Shown here piece by piece: positions 28,658-32,115 of a stretch of DNA of 32,115 nt (position 1 is the stretch's first letter; each line of letters starts with the position of its first letter). The translations under genes and the position numbers were made by a program. The stretch is from a virus (lineage: Duplodnaviria; Caudoviricetes): IMG/VR virus record IMGVR_UViG_3300020043_007451, positions 1-32,115 of that record; one strand, written 5' to 3'. The notes under the pieces are model-generated. The model did no database searches, was not told the origin of the DNA, and saw only the letters and a program-made list of their open reading frames with translations.

Positions 28658-28789
28658 AATCTGGATTGGTTTAACAAGCTGCTGCGATCAGCTTAAGAGT
28701 GTAATGGGGAGTTGGTGGTATGAAAACAACAAAGTTTCGCAGCTTTATACCAATCCAACCCACCAACTCCCTCTCTACATATATTTATA
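28658..28789 (-). promoter_or_regulatory. TATAAATA promoter and structured 5' leader of polymerase-like gene
   Basis: Perfect TATAAATA at 28782-28789; 12-bp stem 28707-28718/28760-28771 and interleaved stem 28662-28682/28739-28757. Confidence 0.65.
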
Positions 28790-28891
28790 GCTACATGTAT
28801 ATTTTTTTCAAGTGTTTTCACAAAAAAATAAAAAAAAGTTTAAGATGCAAAAGAGCGAACGCAGTGAGCGTGCCCCAAGTTTATAATATTA

Positions 28892-28932
28892 TATAATATT
28901 TTGTATGTTACTATCATATGTCACTACTTTTG
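28892..28932 (-). repeat. Right arm of 41-bp inverted repeat
   Basis: TATAATATTTTGTATGTTACTATCATATGTCACTACTTTTG. Confidence 0.9.
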
Positions 28933-29015
28933 GAAAACTCAAATGCCTTTGATTCTCTACAGTTGAAAACAAAACACTATCTAAACATTGTTTTGCAGTA
29001 GATACAAGGGATCTG

Positions 29016-29243
29016 TTAAATCTCTTCTGGGATCATACTAAGAGCATCATCTTCACCAACAACCAGTTTCATTTCATCTGAAAGGTAATATCTCTCGTGA
29101 AAAATGTTGGGCATAATCAATGCAATGAAATCTTGATCAAGTGATGAATCACACAATGCTGCAATTTCTTCAGCTTCTTTTTTGCAAATGCTGAGAACTT
29201 CATCCAATTGCTGCACTGCAAATACTTTAATTTTAACGCTCAT
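29016..29243 (-). CDS. Hypothetical acidic protein
   Basis: 75-aa ORF; TAAATA 6 nt upstream. Confidence 0.6.
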   Translation of the reverse strand: MSVKIKVFAVQQLDEVLSICKKEAEEIAALCDSSLDQDFIALIMPNIFHERYYLSDEMKLVVGEDDALSMIPEEI

Positions 29244-29322
29244 GAAAAGTATTTATGAAAAAAATAAAAAAAGTTAGTTGCCTGCTGCAAAAAATATCAT
29301 TGCGAAACATAAATATTAATGT

Positions 29323-29886
29323 ATGCAACAATACACTAACAATATAACGTCGGTTTCAGCTCAATCAACTGAAAATACTCCAGAATACAAACTCATTTGT
29401 CTCACCAATGGCATGAGTGCCAAAGTGAGTCCACAAGACTATGAACAACTCAGCAAATACAATTGGTACTTTCAAAACACCAATGGATATGCTGCAAGAA
29501 ATCATAGTTTGCAGCATTTGCCAAAATACGTATCACCCAGTGGTGCAACTAAATTTCAGCAAAAAACAGTGCTGATGCACAGAATGGTGATGAATATGAA
29601 CAATTTTGAGGGTAGACTGTTTGTTGATCACATCAATGGTGATAAATTAGATAACCGCAGAGAAAATCTTCGCATTGTCAATGCATCACAAAATCATTGG
29701 AACAGCAACAACAAATTGAACAAACGCAACACATCAGGTTACAGAGGCATTTACAACACCAAAAATGGTACATTTGTAGCATCATTGAGAGTCAACAAAC
29801 AACACTACAGAATTGGTACATTCAAAACACTGGAGCAAGCTCTTGAAGCTTACAATGCTAAGAAACAACAGCTCATCTCTTTATAA
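29323..29886 (+). CDS. HNH endonuclease with C-terminal AP2 domain
   Basis: LMHRMVM...VDHINGDKLDNRRENLRIV; NTSGYRGIY...IGTFKTLEQALEAYN. Confidence 0.9.
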   Translation: MQQYTNNITSVSAQSTENTPEYKLICLTNGMSAKVSPQDYEQLSKYNWYFQNTNGYAARNHSLQHLPKYVSPSGATKFQQKTVLMHRMVMNMNNFEGRLFVDHINGDKLDNRRENLRIVNASQNHWNSNNKLNKRNTSGYRGIYNTKNGTFVASLRVNKQHYRIGTFKTLEQALEAYNAKKQQLISL

Positions 29887-30509
29887 TGAACGCACAAATC
29901 AACGAACAAATCAGAATGTTTCACGAACTCCGCAGGCACCCACAAGTGCCTGTTAGAGTATTCAACAACAAAAAATGGATGTTTCATCCCGTTTGCTTTC
30001 ATTGCAAACAGCTTGATGCATCCAAAGTCATTGAACAAGGCACGCACTTTTGCAGCAAATGCAAAAGCATCATTGATTATCACAATGATTTGTTTGAAAG
30101 CAAAGCGTGTTTTCAGTCATTGAGAAAAAAGAGAACATATGCAGCTCCTTTTCACATCAATGCAGTCAAGACTCAATTGCAAGACAATAAACTCATCATC
30201 AAAACAGACATAATGCAGTTTCAAAAGATTCACAAAGACATTGGAGACTTTTTGTACAACAATCACTTTTCCAAAGACAGCTTGTTGAATAAAAACTTTT
30301 GCAATTGCATGGCTTATGACTTTAATGAAATTCATGCATTGTACAATCACAAATGTGAATTCATTACACAAGATTACAAATGCAGTGAAAAAGGCATTAG
30401 TTTGCTTGATCAACACGTTGATGTTGGAGGAACTATTTTAGTTGACTACAAAACCAATGTAAACAAATTTAATTTGCATTTCATTGTAACCATCATCAAA
30501 GAAGCTTAA
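29886..30509 (+). CDS. Hypothetical protein with CxxC...CxxC zinc ribbon
   Basis: CFHC...CSKC; TAATG-coupled to the HNH gene. Confidence 0.55.
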   Translation: MNAQINEQIRMFHELRRHPQVPVRVFNNKKWMFHPVCFHCKQLDASKVIEQGTHFCSKCKSIIDYHNDLFESKACFQSLRKKRTYAAPFHINAVKTQLQDNKLIIKTDIMQFQKIHKDIGDFLYNNHFSKDSLLNKNFCNCMAYDFNEIHALYNHKCEFITQDYKCSEKGISLLDQHVDVGGTILVDYKTNVNKFNLHFIVTIIKEA

Positions 30510-30510
30510 C

Positions 30511-30642
30511 TTACTTCTTTTTCTTCTTGCCCGCATTGGTCAGTGCAATAGCAATTGCCTGCTTTTGCGGGTATCCTTCTTTCATCAACTTTTTGATGTT
30601 GTGACCCAGTACAGTTGGTGATTTACCTTTTTCTAATGGCAT
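30511..30642 (-). CDS. Small basic phage protein, 43 aa (not in ORF track)
   Basis: MPLEKGKSPTVLGHNIKKLMKEGYPQKQAIAIALTNAGKKKKK, a commonly seen phage small-protein pattern; TAAATA 8 nt upstream. Confidence 0.75.
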   Translation of the reverse strand: MPLEKGKSPTVLGHNIKKLMKEGYPQKQAIAIALTNAGKKKKK

Positions 30643-30653
30643 AATGGTGATAT

Positions 30654-30965
30654 TTAATCTTGTTCAGATTCACCTTCAGACTCAATCATGCCACGCATTT
30701 CTGCTACTTTGAGCAACTCTTGAGCCATCTTGATCTTTTGTTGATCAATGGGTTTGCCATAAGCTTTGCAAGCATCACACATGTGTTTGCAATTTTCGCA
30801 TTTGCCAAGTTTGCCTTGATCCTCATACTCATCTTCTGACTCAGATTCCATTTCAATGCCAGCAGCAACAAGAGCTACTTTGGCAGCAACATTTTCACTG
30901 AGACCCACTTTGAGAAATTTAGTGATGTTGCGAGCTAATACAGTAGTTTCACGTTCATTGAGCAT
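30654..30965 (-). CDS. Hypothetical protein with CxxC-x3-CxxC
   Basis: Start reassigned to MLNERE at 30965 (TAAATA 7 nt upstream). Confidence 0.6.
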   Translation of the reverse strand: MLNERETTVLARNITKFLKVGLSENVAAKVALVAAGIEMESESEDEYEDQGKLGKCENCKHMCDACKAYGKPIDQQKIKMAQELLKVAEMRGMIESEGESEQD

Positions 30966-30975
30966 AATAGAGTAT

Positions 30976-31131
30976 TTATGCCAAGTGTTTTTCAATGAGT
31001 CCTGATGATATTCCAGCTGCAATGGTAGATACAGCACCAATGATCATTGCATTTGCAGTTGCTAGTGCCACTAAATGAGCAGTAACCATGGAGATGGCTA
31101 AAACGAAGACGATTAAGATTGTGTTTTTCAT
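30976..31131 (-). CDS. Small two-helix membrane protein, 51 aa (not in ORF track)
   Basis: MKNTILIVFVLAISMVTAHLVALATANAMIIGAVSTIAAGISSGLIEKHLA; TAAATA 7 nt upstream. Confidence 0.6.
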   Translation of the reverse strand: MKNTILIVFVLAISMVTAHLVALATANAMIIGAVSTIAAGISSGLIEKHLA

Positions 31132-31176
31132 ACACTAATATTTAATCGCAATCAGGTGCTTTTCTGCAGCGTCGAG

Positions 31177-31356
31177 TTACTTCTTTTCTTTTCTCAACAC
31201 TTGCAGCAAACCAAAAATACCCACACCAGCACCAATGATGGCTTCAGCAAGTTCTGGATTCAATACAGCTCCAAGAGATGATGCAATGAGTACCAAACCA
31301 CGATATGTGCTTGGTTCTTTGCCGCGTTCAATGATGTAATCGAAAATCTTATTCAT
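31177..31356 (-). CDS. Putative holin, 59 aa (not in ORF track)
   Basis: MNKIFDYIIERGKEPSTYRGLVLIASSLGAVLNPELAEAIIGAGVGIFGLLQVLRKEKK: two TM segments, basic C-terminal tail, R.KEPST.RG holin-like pattern. Confidence 0.7.
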   Translation of the reverse strand: MNKIFDYIIERGKEPSTYRGLVLIASSLGAVLNPELAEAIIGAGVGIFGLLQVLRKEKK

Positions 31357-31363
31357 ACAAAAA

Positions 31364-31663
31364 TTATTTAGATGCAGCAGCTTGTTTATTGTTGAGTGAG
31401 CGTTTGATCTCTTCTATACCAGCTTTGATGTACTGCAAATCCACTTGAATACCTACATTGGTCTTTTCAATGACTGTTACTCTTTCTTTGAGCACTTCAT
31501 GAGAATTTTCCACTCTCTCAATGCGAATTAAATCATTGCTGCGCAACATTTTAAACTCATCAATTGTACTATTAATTTTGCCATATGCAAGACCAGCTGC
31601 AAACACCATGCACAAGATGTTGATGATGTTTCCTAATCCTAAAGTCTTGATGAGCTTTTCCAT
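31364..31663 (-). CDS. Membrane-anchored coiled-coil protein (lysis-cassette type)
   Basis: N-terminal TM helix plus heptad repeats; adjacent to the holin. Confidence 0.55.
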   Translation of the reverse strand: MEKLIKTLGLGNIINILCMVFAAGLAYGKINSTIDEFKMLRSNDLIRIERVENSHEVLKERVTVIEKTNVGIQVDLQYIKAGIEEIKRSLNNKQAAASK

Positions 31664-31687
31664 AATAGATAATGTATTTATTGCAAT

Positions 31688-32053
31688 TTATGTTAGTATT
31701 TGTTGTTTGCGTTCTGCTGTAATACATTGTTGCAATTCAAGCAAATCCAATGCTTCAACAACCTTTTCATCATTGCTCCAAACTTGACTATTCCAAATGG
31801 ATAATTCAGTTAAAAAATATTTGATCATTGCATTTGTATGATTGGTAATGATTACTTTTTCATCAACGGTAAACTCATTCCAAAACTCTACACGAGATGG
31901 CCATGTTTTGTGTTGAATATCTGGCTGTTTGTATGCAAGACCTGCAGCAATTGCATCACTTTCCAGCATGCAGTTCACAGGCAATTGCCAATCATCATCA
32001 GCAAGACTTACTGATGCAATTTCATTGTTTTGTATGTGTGCAATTCTTTTCAT
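31688..32053 (-). CDS. Tail fibre-associated/assembly-type protein
   Basis: Directly follows the Gly-rich fibre gene; EFWNEFTVDEK...ITAERKQQIL pattern. Confidence 0.55.
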   Translation of the reverse strand: MKRIAHIQNNEIASVSLADDDWQLPVNCMLESDAIAAGLAYKQPDIQHKTWPSRVEFWNEFTVDEKVIITNHTNAMIKYFLTELSIWNSQVWSNDEKVVEALDLLELQQCITAERKQQILT

Positions 32054-32054
32054 G

Positions 32055-32115
32055 TTAGAATACTATAATTGTTGCGATGCCATTACCACCATTGCCACCA
32101 GCACCAGAGCCACCT
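32055..32115 (-). CDS. C-terminal end of glycine-rich tail fibre-like protein (partial)
   Basis: GGSGAGGNGGNGIATIIVF-stop, the typical end of the Gly-rich domain that begins at 321. Confidence 0.75.
   Translation of the reverse strand, partial: GGSGAGGNGGNGIATIIVF

Noticed and set aside
27503-28932. Classical IS element
   Set aside because: The enclosed ORF has polymerase-like, not DDE/HUH transposase, motifs, and no target-site duplication is evident.
30654-31040. ORF-track starts at 31040, and likewise at 1035, 2191, 13737 and 24969
   Set aside because: They overlap neighbouring genes; downstream ATGs fit TAAATA spacing or translational coupling better.

Overview
AT-rich, podovirus-type tailed-phage genome, almost entirely encoded on the - strand. 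It is probably nearly complete and circular, because both window ends fall in what looks like the same glycine-rich tail gene. Read on the - strand, it has a full virion module: terS, terL, portal, scaffold, major capsid, tail tubular A and B, GNAT-like protein, three internal virion proteins and fibre-like genes. It also has holin-like genes, a sulfotransferase/glycosyltransferase/APS-kinase set, an HNH-AP2 endonuclease, and a short family-A/TV-Pol-like polymerase gene bracketed by a 41-bp inverted repeat next to iteron-like repeats. I recognise no RNA polymerase, sigma factor, helicase, integrase or stand-alone endolysin. The most striking signal is regulatory. About 21 genes have a TAAATA box (T4 late-promoter type, TATAAATA) only 5-11 nt before the start codon. 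Two more genes have a perfect TATAAATA followed by long structured leaders. Four boxes carry an exact AAGTGGAC-N9-TAAATA extension, and three small genes use a separate GAAACA-N3-TATAAT promoter class. This suggests (inference) a virophage-like phage that builds its own virion but borrows late transcription from a T4-like helper. An in-frame TGA interrupts the tail tubular B gene.
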